DNA of 64,000 nt. It comes from Methylobacter sp. (lineage in GTDB: Bacteria; Pseudomonadota; Gammaproteobacteria; Methylococcales; Methylomonadaceae). Location of the stretch: NCBI GenBank assembly GCA_026399025.1, contig JAPLRU010000090.1:46881-110880 (forward strand), written 5' to 3'. A program made the translations under genes and the position numbers. Positions 40,001-49,386 of the stretch are shown piece by piece (position 1 is the first letter of the stretch; each line of letters begins with the position of its first letter). Below the pieces are notes generated by a model that saw nothing but the letters and a program-made list of their open reading frames with translations, had not been told where the DNA came from and ran no database searches.

Positions 40001-42150
40001 CTACCTGAGCCGCCGTCAATACTGTCAACCAGAGCATCAATCGTTGCGTTATAGGTGTCATTGCCAGCGCTAAAGGTAACGGTTTCTTTACTGGAGGCGC
40101 TGCCGGTGACCGTATCATTGCCGGTGGCATCATTAATGCTGAGCGTATCGCTGGAAGTACTCCATGTGGTGAATGTCCAAGCCGCCGCAGAAAAAACATT
40201 GGCGTTATTAATGGTAATAGTTTGAGTATCACCGCTATGGCCTATAACGGTTAATGTGTCCGAGATTAGTCCCGTTCCAAATTGGCTGGCGTCAAAGGTG
40301 GCGGTTTGTCCCGAGGTAAAGGTCAGGTTCTCAATGCTATTGATTTGGGTTGCGGCAGTAAAATCTACATTTTGACTACTGTTGAGTTTGAGGGTATCGG
40401 TTCCGCTTGCTCCGGTGTCATTAATAATTTCTCCCGCATCTACATCGCCGGCATCGAAAGAATAAGTATCGCTCCCATCGCCACCATTCAGATTATCGGC
40501 ACTATCTCCTCCATCAAGAGCGTCATTGCCGGCATTACCGGTCAAAATGTTGGCAACGCTGTCGCCCGCAATCGAATCGACTCCCGAACCGCCGGTGAAA
40601 TTTTCGATATTCCTGATCGTGTCGTCGTTTGAACTTCCTGATACGGTTACGGGGGCATAATTGCTTGTATTAAGAACAACGGTTAAATCAGCCGTATAAC
40701 TTGAATAGTCGGCGGTATCGTTGCCACTTCCTCCATCAAGAGTGTCACTGCCGTCATTACCGCCATCAAGCGTGTCATTGCCTGCGCCGCCATTAATCGA
40801 ATCCGAGCCGTTATTACCGATCAATATATTGTCAAGGCCGTCTCCGGTGAGGGTATCGTCACCCGAACCACCGATGAAGTTTTCGATATTTTTAATCTTG
40901 TCGTTTGAGCCACCCGTTACGGTTACCGTTACATAGGTATCTGTATTGAGGGTAACGCTCAAATCTACTGTTCTTGTCGAATAATCCGCTGTATCGTTAC
41001 CTAAACCGCCGTCAATACTGTCCTTGGAAGTGCTGCCGGTAATCGTATCATCGCCGGTCGTGCCGTTAATAATGAGGAGGTCGCTATTAGAACTGAAAGA
41101 GGAGTAATACCATGTAGTAAATGTCCAATTAGCCGCAGAAAAGTTACTGGCGTTATTAATAGTGATGGTTTGCTTATTACTATCGCTTTGACCCGTAACG
41201 CTCAACGTACTTGATATTTTCCCGGTTCCAAATTGGTCGGCATCAAAGGTGGCGGTTTGCGCTCCGGTAAAGGTCAATTTCTCAATGCCGGCGATTTGAG
41301 CCGCCGCGGTAAAATCAACGCTGCCGTTGAGTTTGAGGGTATCGCTTCCGCTGGTTCCGGTGTCGTTGATGATTTCGCCCGCGGCTACATCCGAAGTAGT
41401 AAACAGATAAATATCGCTTCCGTTACCGCCGTTAAGGCTATCCGCATCGCTACCGCCGTTAATAGTGTCATTGCCGTCCCCTGCAACAACGGTGTCATTG
41501 CCTTGATAACCGACAATGCTATCGCCTGTTGAATCAATTAGGTTGGATTTAGAGCCACCGGTAAATCCGGTTATGGTCGAAGTCGCTGTAGAATCCGTGG
41601 CGATTGCCACGTCGTTACCACTGGTGCCGTCAAAAGTTGTCATTACGCCGCTATAACTTGCTTGTCCTGTTACTGTTAACGGCACTCGCGCTGTGACAAC
41701 GCCTATTTGTTTATCAAGTGCCCAACAGCCGCCAAGTACCGCCGCACCGACTAGATCGGTCGCCGCCGCAACCGCTGTGCCCAGCTTTTGAGCCAATGCG
41801 TTGATAAACGAGGTTCCGCGTTCATCAGCTCCGGTATGGCAACTCCATAACAGTAAATTGCCGTTTTTAGCCAAGGCTTGTCCTATTTCGGCAAAGTCCG
41901 CGTGGTAATCGTTCAGCGTTTCAAGCGAGACCGCCCCGGCGCCGAAGCTGATTTCACCGGCGCGACCATGGGCGATAATGTGAATGGCCGCCAGTTCCTT
42001 ACGGCCTTGAACAGCGCGGGCAATTTGCGCAAGGGCGGGTTCCGCAGCGCTAAGCGGCACTGTATCGACATCGGCGCGCATTCCGGCCGGCAGCACATCC
42101 GGGTCAGTGACATTGCAATCTATAAAAACGATTTCTTTGATGGTAAACAT
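34096..42150 (-). CDS. Giant repetitive surface protein / putative T1SS-secreted adhesin (~2684 aa). Domain order: DUF4347-like N-terminus, RTX Ca-binding repeat blocks, Ig-like domains, five ~95-aa tandem modules, seven FG-GAP repeats, C-terminal RTX repeats.
   Basis: ATG at 42150 with GGAG 8 nt upstream (the track ORF begins 30 codons earlier). N-terminus [12 protein letters not shown]...[15 protein letters not shown]. Many GGxGxD nonapeptides ([37 protein letters not shown]). Seven [20 protein letters not shown]-type FG-GAP repeats. Five GTAYLV-containing modules. Confidence 0.85.
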   Translation of the reverse strand: MFTIKEIVFIDCNVTDPDVLPAGMRADVDTVPLSAAEPALAQIARAVQGRKELAAIHIIAHGRAGEISFGAGAVSLETLNDYHADFAEIGQALAKNGNLLLWSCHTGADERGTSFINALAQKLGTAVAAATDLVGAAVLGGCWALDKQIGVVTARVPLTVTGQASYSGVMTTFDGTSGNDVAIATDSTATSTITGFTGGSKSNLIDSTGDSIVGYQGNDTVVAGDGNDTINGGSDADSLNGGNGSDIYLFTTSDVAAGEIINDTGTSGSDTLKLNGSVDFTAAAQIAGIEKLTFTGAQTATFDADQFGTGKISSTLSVTGQSDSNKQTITINNASNFSAANWTFTTWYYSSFSSNSDLLIINGTTGDDTITGSTSKDSIDGGLGNDTADYSTRTVDLSVTLNTDTYVTVTVTGGSNDKIKNIENFIGGSGDDTLTGDGLDNILIGNNGSDSINGGAGNDTLDGGNDGSDTLDGGSGNDTADYSSYTADLTVVLNTSNYAPVTVSGSSNDDTIRNIENFTGGSGVDSIAGDSVANILTGNAGNDALDGGDSADNLNGGDGSDTYSFDAGDVDAGEIINDTGASGTDTLKLNSSQNVDFTAATQINSIENLTFTSGQTATFDASQFGTGLISDTLTVIGHSGDTQTITINNANVFSAAAWTFTTWSTSSDTLSINDATGNDTVTGSASSKETVTFSAGNDTYNATIDALVDSIDGGSGSDTANYSIYAAALTVTLNTSTYATVTGSGGSNDRIRNIENFIGGSGNDTVTGDSTNNILTGNSGTDSLTGGDGADSLTGGDDVDTLTGGNGADTLTGGTGADRFIFTPGESVLSIGGTGINGTLSGYDVITDIEAGEKLTFTTITVAPDTAATNGTDSTLLLNNSVAVKSHSITNGIITFDDANTFSSAVDLTSTTDVAAVVQYLQTNRTLNATAVTFTTADHSYVYRQGTTAANDVLIDLTGKTVSYLTAIGGELSLTYGGIPLAISSVDYGANDGDLATGETVTLTVTFTDVVTVAGGSPTLTLNTGGTATYTGGTGTTILSFTYTPAAPQNTNVDLTVTAFNLNSATIQNALLEDANVAGTFNPSGILFVDTAAPTINSVAVTSATGIQNSSVNTGDVISVSVNMSEAILVTGTPRLALNIGGTTVQANYASGSGSTTLVFSYTILAGQTDTNGISIAANSITLNGGTLKDAAGNPATLTHALVADNSGYLVDAVVPVVSTPDLDAASDKGASSTDNITNMTTPTVIGTAEAGSTVKIYDTNGTTVLGTGTATGGNYSIITSSLLSGAHTLTAKATDAAGNVSTVTAGLVVTIDTTAPTATCVTTTTVQDTGNVTVKSTETGTAYLVKDTVTVNNLADITGAADNLWNSVAIGVASTNTSLAAVGLATGTYKVYTADVAGNLSLASSASVPVNSNFTASVTSATIQNTANATVQSSRVGTAYLVKSTVSVTTVADITGKADNLWNSVTIAAANTNTALAATGLIDGTYKVYVVDAQNTLSVASTNTVTVDNTAPIATLVSNTSVNDTANAIVKSSEPGTAYLVNSTVSVTTVASITGADSALWNSVAITAIDTNTNLAAAGLQLGSYKLYTTDAAGNLSLASTASVNVADTTAPTAIVNVATMQNTANASVQSTEVGTAYLVKNTLAVTTLASITGAADNLWNSVTLAAANASTLLAATGLIDGIYKVYAVDASGNLSIASTNSVTIDTTAPSATVVAATLQSTAKATVQSTELGTAYLVNDSVAVTNLASITGVDGSLWNSVPIKTVNFNTQLAATRLVNGVYHVYTVDKAGNVSLASTNSVTVYTPALEISTLASTGFAINGESQEGLSGVSVASAGDVNGDGLDDLIIGGFNSNSSAGNWAGRSYVVFGQTATTAVNLSAITAGIGGFVINGTTMNDMGGISVASAGDINADGLADLIVGDTVGAYTSLNGTGHSYVIFGKTDTTAVNLSAIAAGSGGFVINGQADSDQSGFSVASAGDVNGDGLPDLIVGAIGASAWAGSSYVVFGKTDTTAINLSAVAAGTGGFIINGQAADDWSGISVASAGDVNGDGLADVIVGAPQSDPSSRADAGRSYVVFGKADTAAVNLSSVAAATPTGGFVINGQTAGDLSGYSVASAGDVNGDGYADVIVGAPQNDAIASDAGRSYVVFGKATTAAVDLAALGTAGFVINGQAANDGSGISVASAGDFNGDGLADLLIGANLATPSSTRAFAGRTYLVLGKTTTTAVNLSDVENGSGGFVVNGTTTEDYTGLSVAAAGDVNADGFADIIIGAPQNDEIATDAGRSYVIFGSNSSLFGQTAIVDQVGTDNAETLTGTAASETIIAKGGNDTLVGAGGADVLYGGGGNDSFQLSANNIANLVSNVPDATNGNLARIDGGSGIDTLVLSGTNITLDLTAISNQMTYSRIESIERIDLNSNSSNNSLKLTAADILDISGMNRFNSGNGWVGLSAGVDRHQLVVDGGWGNSVTMLGAWTAQGTATNSSITYNVYNSTSSLAQLLVNNNFIPRNFLTGTSNNDTLTGLAGSDSIDGGAGNDTITGGIGKDTIATGTGNDTVVFATADINDAPGNGYDLYNDLVLNGVLADRIDLPVTVTNIGTAVSGTLNQAAFAASMNTLLTQSGFGFASHAGTIEAAIVTDGTIKYLAVDMNANDQFDYSSGTTDDLLISLVGSSTVTSLTTGTFI

Positions 42151-42450
42151 GGACTGTACTCCGGGGATTAATGGGGTTTCATATGAGTTGTTACGGTATA
42201 TTCTCTCAAAACCGGCATGAGATAAGCCTAACTCAATCACAATTCGAGTTTTTAATTTAGAGTTCCTGTTTTACAGAGGGATAATCAATACAGACAATGA
42301 CCGGGACATGCAGGAATGCCTATAGTATAGTTACAAATTATGCCCGGATTGCCGATCATTTTACTTCCGTATCTCGCCGTCAGAGTGAGCGAACAGTGTC
42401 CGGCTTGCGGACGCTACGGGCCGATCCTCGAATTTTTTGGAATAAATTTT

Positions 42451-42906
42451 ATGAAACACAGACCTCAAGGTTTTACCCTGATAGAACTGATGGTAACCGT
42501 GGCTATCGTTGGCATTTTAGCGGCGGTGACTTATCCCAGTTATCAAGACAGCGTGACTAAATCACGCCGAGCCGATGCCAAAAGCGCTCTGCTGGAGCTG
42601 GCGAATTTCATGGAGCGCCATGCTACCGAAGCCGGTTGCTACATGGATGCGGGCGCCGACGGTCAATGCGGAACGGGGGATGAGACGATTCCGGTTCTGC
42701 CGTTTACGACTACGCCTAAAACAGGGACGGCTTATTACGATTTGGTGCTTTTTCCGGTGGATGCGACCTCGTTTACGTTGTCCGCCAATCCCATAGTCGG
42801 CAGCTCTCAAGCCAATGACGCGTGCGGCTCTTTAACGTTGACAAATACCGGCGTTAAAGGCGTGATTCCTCTAGTCCCGGGTCTTACCGGAGCGGATTGC
42901 TGGTAA
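42451..42906 (+). CDS. pilE: Type IV pilin-like protein PilE (minor pilin)
   Basis: MKHRPQG|[49 protein letters not shown] is a typical PilE N-terminus. C-terminal Cys pair. Confidence 0.85.
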   Translation: MKHRPQGFTLIELMVTVAIVGILAAVTYPSYQDSVTKSRRADAKSALLELANFMERHATEAGCYMDAGADGQCGTGDETIPVLPFTTTPKTGTAYYDLVLFPVDATSFTLSANPIVGSSQANDACGSLTLTNTGVKGVIPLVPGLTGADCW

Positions 42907-42963
42907 CGACCGGCAAATACAGGTCAATGAAAACTAAGCCAAAATTTTAATAAGGAATTTCTT

Positions 42964-43449
42964 TTGAACACAAACGCTTTTTGTCTTTGCGGCTCGGGCA
43001 TCGAATACGCTCACTGCTGCGGCCCCTTTCATTCCGGCGCAAAAAGGCCTACAACTGCGGTCGCTTTAATGCGTTCGCGTTTTACCGCTTATGCTTTGCA
43101 TAATGGCGATTATTTAGTGGCGACTTGGGACGCCACGGTGCGGCCGGAGTTAATCGATTTCTCCAAGGAAACGGTCGCTTGGCAGCGTTTGGAAATCGGT
43201 AAAACCAAAAAAGGCGGGAGCAAGGATGCTAAAGGCGTGGTGGAGTTTAAGGCGTATTACCTGCAAGACGGCGAAGAGTACGTTATGACTGAGATCAGCC
43301 AGTTCACGCAACGAGCGGGCGGCTGGTTTTATTTGGACGGGCTGGTTAAATCGATAGCGAAGGTGGGCTTGCAAACTAATCTGGGCAAAAATGCGCCGTG
43401 TTCGTGCGGCAGCGGTAAGAAGTTTAAGCGTTGTTGCGGGACTGAGTGA
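42964..43449 (+). CDS. ychJ: YchJ-family protein (UPF0225) with SEC-C metal-binding motifs at both termini
   Basis: N-terminal CLCGSG..YAHCC and C-terminal CSCGSGKKFKRCCG. TTG start. Confidence 0.8.
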   Translation: MNTNAFCLCGSGIEYAHCCGPFHSGAKRPTTAVALMRSRFTAYALHNGDYLVATWDATVRPELIDFSKETVAWQRLEIGKTKKGGSKDAKGVVEFKAYYLQDGEEYVMTEISQFTQRAGGWFYLDGLVKSIAKVGLQTNLGKNAPCSCGSGKKFKRCCGTE

Positions 43450-43456
43450 CGAAGCT

Positions 43457-43484
43457 TGTGGGCGGGAATTTAGTCGCGCCCACA
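43457..43484. terminator. Hairpin between the convergent ychJ and lipoprotein genes (possible bidirectional terminator)
   Basis: tgtgggcg...cgcccaca, an 8-bp perfect stem. No strong T run. Confidence 0.35.
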
Positions 43485-43502
43485 GTAGACTAAAACTTCA
43501 AT

Positions 43503-43910
43503 TTATTTTTCATCCTTGGTGGGTTCTTCCGACTCCCCGATCAGCGCGGATAAGCAGTCCATCTGACTTTCGGTATAGTTGGCATGGGCTTCCGCCAATT
43601 CTTTCGCCGAACCGAATTCAGTGCGCAGTTCGTCAAGCGATTTTTTAGGATCTTTAGACGAGGACAGCGTCAACATTTTGGTATAGCTACGGTAGGCCAT
43701 CAAGCGTTTGGGGTCGAGCGCGAAAACGCCGGGCATGTTGTTCGAGACAGTATCAACGACGCATTTAGCCATGCGTTCCGGGGATAATTTATAGTCCTTA
43801 ATATCTTTTTCCAACTGCATTTGCTCCAATACAGTTTGTTCGAATTCGTTTCTATCCGCGCAGGCGGGGAGTAATAATGCAGATAGGGAAATGAGCAGTA
43901 GTTTTTTCAT
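43503..43910 (-). CDS. Hypothetical lipoprotein (135 aa)
   Basis: Signal peptide with lipobox MKKLLLISLSALLLPAC. No known domain. Confidence 0.6.
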   Translation of the reverse strand: MKKLLLISLSALLLPACADRNEFEQTVLEQMQLEKDIKDYKLSPERMAKCVVDTVSNNMPGVFALDPKRLMAYRSYTKMLTLSSSKDPKKSLDELRTEFGSAKELAEAHANYTESQMDCLSALIGESEEPTKDEK

Positions 43911-43992
43911 GTCTGTGTAACCGTGTTATTAGTAAAAATGCAATGTGCGGCATTATACGCATGTAGCTTAGGTGCAAGGTAAAAAGGTTCAA

Positions 43993-44041
43993 GGTAAAAG
44001 GTAAAAGGTAAAAGGTAAAAGGTAAAAGGTAAAAGGTAAAA
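43993..44041. repeat. Heptanucleotide microsatellite (GGTAAAA)x7
   Basis: Seven perfect tandem copies read directly from the sequence. Confidence 0.95.
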
Positions 44042-44083
44042 GGCAAAAGGCAAAAGGCAAAAGGCAAAAGGCAAAAGGCAAAA
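44042..44083. repeat. Heptanucleotide microsatellite (GGCAAAA)x6
   Basis: Six perfect tandem copies directly abutting the GGTAAAA array, followed by the degenerate unit GGTATAA. Confidence 0.95.
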
Positions 44084-44096
44084 GGTATAATATTTT

Positions 44097-44138
44097 GAAC
44101 CTTGAACCTTGAACCTTGAACCTTGAACCTTGAACCTT
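44097..44138. repeat. Heptanucleotide microsatellite (GAACCTT)x6
   Basis: Six perfect tandem copies. The last unit overlaps the plsC stop codon. The reverse complement AAGGTTCAAGGT occurs at 43984-43995. Confidence 0.95.
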
Positions 44139-44895
44139 AATCCATCTCCTTCATTGCCTGAGTTATCCAGGCTTCCGCTTCGGCATTGATGTCGGCGGCT
44201 TTACGGCCTTGGGTTTCTATAACTGGACCGATTTTCAACTTGATTACGCCGGGATATTTTAAAAAACTATAACGCGGCCAAAAATCGCCGGCATTATGGG
44301 CAACCGGAACAACCGGAACGCCGGTTTTATGCGCCAGCATCGCGCCGCCGATGTTGAATTTCAAGACTTCCCGAGCTCCGGCGCGAGTGCCTTCCGGAAA
44401 AATCAGCACCCACAAGCCTTGGTTTAAATATTTAGTGCCTTGTTCCAGCAAAGAACGTAATGAGGCGCGCTGGTTTTTTCTATTGATGACGATGGATTTC
44501 AACGTGAGCAATGACCAGCCCCAAATCGGCAGATAAAGCAGTTCTTGCTTGATGACCACCGAATGAGGCGGCAGAATATATCTTAACGCCAGCGTTTCCC
44601 ATGCCGACTGATGGTTGCTCAAGATAATCGCAGGTTGCTGCGGATTAATGTGTTCCAATCCTTCCACTTCATAGGTAAGGCCGCAAAAAACTTTGGTCAT
44701 CCAACTGATGATAGCGCACCAGGCATGGCCGAGTTTCCAGCGTATTTTAAAAGTCGTCAGCATACCTAAAATAAGCAATATGCCGATGATGGTCGCGGTA
44801 GAGAAAATGCCCAAAAATAATAGAGCCGAGCCTATATAGTTTTTAGGTCTAGGGTCTTGATACGAGATATTTTGCTGCGTCATATAAGTTCTCAA
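44137..44895 (-). CDS. plsC: 1-acyl-sn-glycerol-3-phosphate acyltransferase (PlsC family)
   Basis: NHQSAWE (HX4D/E-type acyltransferase motif) and FPEGTR motif. N-terminal TM segment. Conserved position downstream of gmhB. Alternative start at 44883. Confidence 0.85.
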   Translation of the reverse strand: MRTYMTQQNISYQDPRPKNYIGSALLFLGIFSTATIIGILLILGMLTTFKIRWKLGHAWCAIISWMTKVFCGLTYEVEGLEHINPQQPAIILSNHQSAWETLALRYILPPHSVVIKQELLYLPIWGWSLLTLKSIVINRKNQRASLRSLLEQGTKYLNQGLWVLIFPEGTRAGAREVLKFNIGGAMLAHKTGVPVVPVAHNAGDFWPRYSFLKYPGVIKLKIGPVIETQGRKAADINAEAEAWITQAMKEMD

Positions 44896-45397
44896 AAATG
44901 GGAATGTTGAGATGAGGATTGTTGTCTAGGGTTTGTCGGCCTTTGCCGGTTTTGACCAGTATCGGGCTTGCACCGACAGCCTGTGCGGCTTGAACATCGC
45001 GCAATGAATCGCCGATAACCGCGATACCGCTTAGTTTTACATGATTGTCTTTGGCAAAGGCTTCGAGAAGCCCCGGTTTGGGTTTGCGGCAAGTGCAGTC
45101 ATCGTCAGGGCCGTGCGGACAAAAATAGATCGCGTCGATTGTTCCGCCTTTTTGTTCAACCATAGTCCGCATTTTTGCGTGAATGCTTTCCAACGTCGCG
45201 GCATCGAATAAGCCGCGCGCCAGACCGGACTGGTTGGTAACTACAACAACTTTATAGCCATGTTGATTGAATAAGGCGATAGCTTCAAGACTGCCTTCAA
45301 TCGGCAGCCATTGTTCCGGGGATTTTATGAAGTCGTCCGAATCGTGGTTAATAACGCCATCACGATCCAGCAACACGTAGCGGTTTTCGGGCATCAT
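44849..45397 (-). CDS. gmhB: D-glycero-beta-D-manno-heptose-1,7-bisphosphate 7-phosphatase (GmhB, HAD family)
   Basis: LLDRDGVIN (DxD HAD motif), the Zn-binding motif CPHGPDDDCTCRKP, and GDSLRD. Confidence 0.9.
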   Translation of the reverse strand: MMPENRYVLLDRDGVINHDSDDFIKSPEQWLPIEGSLEAIALFNQHGYKVVVVTNQSGLARGLFDAATLESIHAKMRTMVEQKGGTIDAIYFCPHGPDDDCTCRKPKPGLLEAFAKDNHVKLSGIAVIGDSLRDVQAAQAVGASPILVKTGKGRQTLDNNPHLNIPIFENLYDAAKYLVSRP

Positions 45398-45404
45398 TTA
45401 TATA

Positions 45405-45685
45405 GCGTTCCCGCACTGCTGGGGCGGTCCTGACTGCACTTCCACGCTGGAGCGCTCGTTTTTATACACAAATATTCGCAAGACATAGTCCCTGCAAGCG
45501 CGGCAGGCATTCGCGTAGGGCGCGCCTTTTATAGTTCCCACGCTCCGGCGTGGGAATTCAGTCCGCAACGCTTCAGCGTTGCGGGACGCCGGAGCGTCTA
45601 CCCCTGCATTCCCACGCCGGAGCGTGGGAACGATGCAAATGGCGATGTAGCGCAGCACATATGTGCCGGAGCGTGGGAACGATGA
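45405..45685. repeat. Cluster of REP-like palindromic units filling the glyS-gmhB spacer
   Basis: At least three GTTCCCACGC(N)GGAGCGTGGGAAC-type units (45535-45557, 45609-45631, 45667-45680 partial) plus cgcaacgcttcagcgttgcg and degenerate copies. Confidence 0.65.
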
Positions 45686-45703
45686 GCTACGGAATAAATT
45701 CAT

Positions 45704-47782
45704 TTACGACTGCAATTTGGAAATATCGGCGCAGGTCAAAAACTGCTCGGACAACAGATTCAGCAAAGCCAGCCGGTTGGCGCGCAAGTCAAGATCGTCG
45801 GTCATTACCATCACATGATCGAAAAATGCGTCGACATCATTGCGCAAACCGGCCAAACGGTTCAGCGTCGCTTGGTAATTACGTTGCGCCAGTAACGGTT
45901 TAATGTCGTCCGCGGATTGCAACGCGGCTTGTAACAACTGCTTTTCTTGCGCTTCAAGCAATGCACCGACGCTTGCCGCCGCTTCGGTATCCGATTTTTT
46001 CAGGATATTGCGGATGCGTTTATTCGCCGCCGCCAGGCTTTCGGCTTCGGGTAATTGTCTGAACGCTTTCACCGCTTGCAACCGCTGCATGAAATCCAAC
46101 GGTTCGGGTGGTTTAACTGAAATAACGGCATCGAATTCATCGGCGGTGTAGCCTTGGTCAAGGCAATAGCCTTTCAAGCGGTCGAAAATGAAATCGATAA
46201 CCCGGTCGGCTGTTTCGGCTTGATCGCCGGTTTGGCCTGCAACGGTTTTAATCTGGACACTGGCAAACTCGGTCAATTCAACGATATTAATGTTGAGTTG
46301 ATTCTCTATGATAGTACGGAGAATGCCTAAAGCGGCCCGGCGCAACGCATAAGGATCTTTGTCGCCGGTAGGAATCAAGCCGACCGCAAAAATACCGACC
46401 AGCGTATCTATTTTTTCGGCGATAGCCAGAATTTGCCCGGTTGCACTGCTCGCGGTCGGACTGCCGGATTGTTTGGGGAAATACTGCTGTTCAAGCGCCC
46501 AGGCGACCGCTTTCGGCTCGTGCTCCGCGAGCGCATAGTAGCGCCCCATAATGCCTTGCAAGTTGCCGAATTCGCTGACCATTTCGGTCATTAAATCGGT
46601 TTTTGCCAATAGCGCGGCGCGTTCGGCCAATTCGACATCGGCGCCTAAATGTCCGGCGATAAATTTTGCCAGATTGCGAACGCGTAGGGTTTTATCGTAA
46701 ACCGTGCCCAAACTCTCTTGGAAAATAACGCTGGATAAGCTGTCCACGCGATCTTCCAAGGTTTTCTTTCGGTCCTGGTTCCAGAAAAACTCCGCATCGG
46801 AAAGGCGCGGGGTGACCACGCGCTCATTACCCTGTTGGATGGATTTAGGATTGGTGCTTTCGATATTGCTGAAGGTAATGAAGTTCGCCAATAAACCGCC
46901 GTCGGCATTTTTAACCGGGAAGTATTTTTGGTTGGTTTGCATCGTGGTAATCAGCACTTCCGGCGGCAATTCCAGGTAGCGCGGATCGAAAGTTCCGGTA
47001 ATCGGCACCGGCCATTCGTTTAAGGCGGCAATTTCTTCCAATAAATCGTCTTCGATATGGGCAATACCGCTCACTGCGGCGGCGGCTTGTTGCGCCGCAT
47101 CGCGAATGATGTTTTTTCTTTGTTCAATATCGGCAATGACGCGGCCTTGTTGGTACAGGGCATCGGCGTAATCTTCCGGCTTGGTTAGGGTAATTTCTTG
47201 CGGCGCATGAAACCGGTGTCCTTGCGTAGCCGCGCCGGTTTTTAGGCCCAGGATTTCGGTATCGATGACCTTATCGCCGTAAAGCAAAACCGCCCAGTGT
47301 ACCGGTCTGACAAATTCGGTCGTGAAACTGCCCCAGCGCATCCGCTTGGCAATCGGCAATCCGGCGATGCTTGAGCGGATGATGTCGGGAATCAGGCTTT
47401 CCGTGGCTTGGCCTTTGACGGCTTGGGTAAAGCTGAGCCATTCGCCTTTGTCGGTTTTTAGGCGTTCCAATTGCTCGAAAGTGGTGCCGCAGCTGACTGC
47501 AAAACCCATCGCTGCTTTGCTGGGTGTGCCGTCCGGCGCGAAGGCCGCTTGCAGCGCAGGGCCGCGTTTTTCGACGGTTTTATCCGGTTGCGCGGTGGAC
47601 AGGTTTTCGATGAAAACGGCCAAGCGTCTGGGGGTGGCGTAAGCTTTGCTGCCGGTAAAGGTTAATTCGGCGGCGTTAAGGCCTTGAATGATGCCGTTTA
47701 ATAAAGCGTTGCTCAGTTTTAGCAAAGTCTTGGGCGGCAGTTCTTCCGAACCTAATTCGAAAAGTAAGTGTTGTGCGGTCAC
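45704..47782 (-). CDS. glyS: Glycine--tRNA ligase beta subunit
   Basis: GTG start. MTAQHLLFELGSEELPPKTL... is a typical GlyS N-terminus. 692 aa. Confidence 0.97.
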   Translation of the reverse strand: MTAQHLLFELGSEELPPKTLLKLSNALLNGIIQGLNAAELTFTGSKAYATPRRLAVFIENLSTAQPDKTVEKRGPALQAAFAPDGTPSKAAMGFAVSCGTTFEQLERLKTDKGEWLSFTQAVKGQATESLIPDIIRSSIAGLPIAKRMRWGSFTTEFVRPVHWAVLLYGDKVIDTEILGLKTGAATQGHRFHAPQEITLTKPEDYADALYQQGRVIADIEQRKNIIRDAAQQAAAAVSGIAHIEDDLLEEIAALNEWPVPITGTFDPRYLELPPEVLITTMQTNQKYFPVKNADGGLLANFITFSNIESTNPKSIQQGNERVVTPRLSDAEFFWNQDRKKTLEDRVDSLSSVIFQESLGTVYDKTLRVRNLAKFIAGHLGADVELAERAALLAKTDLMTEMVSEFGNLQGIMGRYYALAEHEPKAVAWALEQQYFPKQSGSPTASSATGQILAIAEKIDTLVGIFAVGLIPTGDKDPYALRRAALGILRTIIENQLNINIVELTEFASVQIKTVAGQTGDQAETADRVIDFIFDRLKGYCLDQGYTADEFDAVISVKPPEPLDFMQRLQAVKAFRQLPEAESLAAANKRIRNILKKSDTEAAASVGALLEAQEKQLLQAALQSADDIKPLLAQRNYQATLNRLAGLRNDVDAFFDHVMVMTDDLDLRANRLALLNLLSEQFLTCADISKLQS

Positions 47783-47804
47783 GATAGGTTGCCTTTATGT
47801 GTCG

Positions 47805-48356
47805 TTATAAGTTTATTAATTCGAGTTTGTCTGCATTATAAGGATGTTCTTTTAAATACCGTGTCCAATTAGCTAACAGGTTGATACCGAGTGCATTGTG
47901 TTTTTGTAAATCGCGGAATAAAAGTTTGAATTTTGGATCTTTCTTGCTGAACTCGTTTTTTGTCTCATCGATAAGTCCTTTTAATGTGGTCGGTAAATTA
48001 TAAGATTCTAAAGAAATACCCACAGCACAAGATTCATCAAGAATCCATTGTTCAATTGGAGGATGAAATATCAAGTAATGATTTTTGTCTTTATGTTTAT
48101 ATAATTTTAAATTTTGTTTTTTAACGACTAATTTAAACTCGGAAGTACGTGATAATGGCCTTCTATCTTGATCGACAATACCTACAGCAAAATTATCTTT
48201 CAATTTTCCTATCATTTCATCGACGACTTTATTGCAACTATGTTTGTGATTATAACCGTGCGCACTGCCAATTCTTTCGGGAGGTGCAATCGTTTCAATC
48301 AAGTTAGTGTCAATATAGCATTCCGGCATAACACAAAAATTGATATTAAATTTCAT
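47805..48356 (-). CDS. Small protein (~183 aa) with a TOPRIM-like Glu...DxD signature. Partner of the upstream ABC-type ATPase. Start uncertain (48356 or 48374).
   Basis: AT-rich ORF overlapping the ATPase gene stop. Hydrophobic strand ending in Glu (INFCVMPE) and a strand ending in DxD (FAVGIVDQD). The TOPRIM assignment is inference, not a recognised family hit. Confidence 0.55.
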   Translation of the reverse strand: MKFNINFCVMPECYIDTNLIETIAPPERIGSAHGYNHKHSCNKVVDEMIGKLKDNFAVGIVDQDRRPLSRTSEFKLVVKKQNLKLYKHKDKNHYLIFHPPIEQWILDESCAVGISLESYNLPTTLKGLIDETKNEFSKKDPKFKLLFRDLQKHNALGINLLANWTRYLKEHPYNADKLELINL

Positions 48357-49386
48357 CCGTAAATAGCTCAGCATTAAAGAATAGGTCTAGTCCATATTCA
48401 TACACATCATTTAATTCGTCATCAGTTAATCTTTTAATAACAGTCTGACCATCTTTAAAATCGGCCATAAATATTGCTAAATCAACGTGAGCATTTTCTA
48501 AGAAAGCATCCAAAATATAAGGGCTATGTGTGGCAATAAAAAACTGATTAGTTTCAGAACTTATTATTTCTTTTGCTATGTGGGTAATATAAGGCGGAAA
48601 ACAGTGCGCTTCAGGTTCTTCAAACAACAAAATCGAATCTTCGTTAGAAGCAATGGCGGTTTTAAAAAATATTATTCTTTGTAGGGTGTCGGCTATCGAA
48701 TAATAAGGAAGTAAAAATACCTCGCTATCTTTTATTTCCTTCATGATTTTTAATGCTTGGTTTGCGGTATCAAAAACCAGTTTCAAACCATATTCAGCAA
48801 AAATACCCGACAGTGTTTTTTTTAAGTGCTTATGCTCTTGAATAACATTAAGTAAATTTACTCCAAAAGGTGGCATAAGATACGGAATATTTAATTTTTC
48901 CAAAGCCGGATTATGGGTAAATTTATACTGTTTAATATTGTAAAATCCACCAAATTCAATAATGTCTAGTTCAAGATCATTATTTACGGTTAATTTGGAA
49001 TATGCCCCATCAATAAAAAGTGATATAACAAGCTGTTTATCAAAAAGTTGAATAGTATCGTTAAAGTTTTTATGATTTAGATTTTGATAGTCAACACGGC
49101 AACTGGGCTCATTGCCATCATCGTTAATTGCTACCGTAATTGGTGCATTAGTGTCGCCATCAAAAAACAATTCCGGCGTATTGTCGAATCTTACAAATTG
49201 TGTCAATTTTTTGTTTTTGTTAAGGCGACTATAATTCAGGCCAAATAATCCAATCGCCTCCAAAATATTAGACTTCCCAACATTCGGCTTTCCAATCAGC
49301 AAATTAATCCGCCTGCAATCGTTTAAAGTGACATCTTTAAGCGATTTGAAATTGGTAATATGTACTGAGTTGAAAAACGTTGCCAT
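48346..49386 (-). CDS. ABC/SMC-like AAA ATPase of the OLD / AAA_15-AAA_21 type (346 aa)
   Basis: N-terminus ITNFKSLKDVTL...LIGKPNVGKSNILEAIGL (Walker A), signature-like SIADTLQR, Walker B SILLFEEPEAH, H-loop FIATHSPYIL. ATG lies 12 nt after the glyQ stop. Confidence 0.8.
   Translation of the reverse strand: MATFFNSVHITNFKSLKDVTLNDCRRINLLIGKPNVGKSNILEAIGLFGLNYSRLNKNKKLTQFVRFDNTPELFFDGDTNAPITVAINDDGNEPSCRVDYQNLNHKNFNDTIQLFDKQLVISLFIDGAYSKLTVNNDLELDIIEFGGFYNIKQYKFTHNPALEKLNIPYLMPPFGVNLLNVIQEHKHLKKTLSGIFAEYGLKLVFDTANQALKIMKEIKDSEVFLLPYYSIADTLQRIIFFKTAIASNEDSILLFEEPEAHCFPPYITHIAKEIISSETNQFFIATHSPYILDAFLENAHVDLAIFMADFKDGQTVIKRLTDDELNDVYEYGLDLFFNAELFTDEI

Noticed and set aside
34196-42171. Many 60-200-aa ORFs on the plus strand opposite the giant adhesin gene
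   Set aside because: They are shadow ORFs in a repetitive, GC-skewed gene. Their translations are low-complexity mirror images of the Gly/Asp/Thr-rich repeats, and none has a start context or motif.
43852-44067. 71-aa ORF with LPFTFYLLPFTFYL repeats
   Set aside because: It is an artefact of reading through the heptanucleotide microsatellites. A period of 7 nt cycles through all three frames. The region is intergenic.
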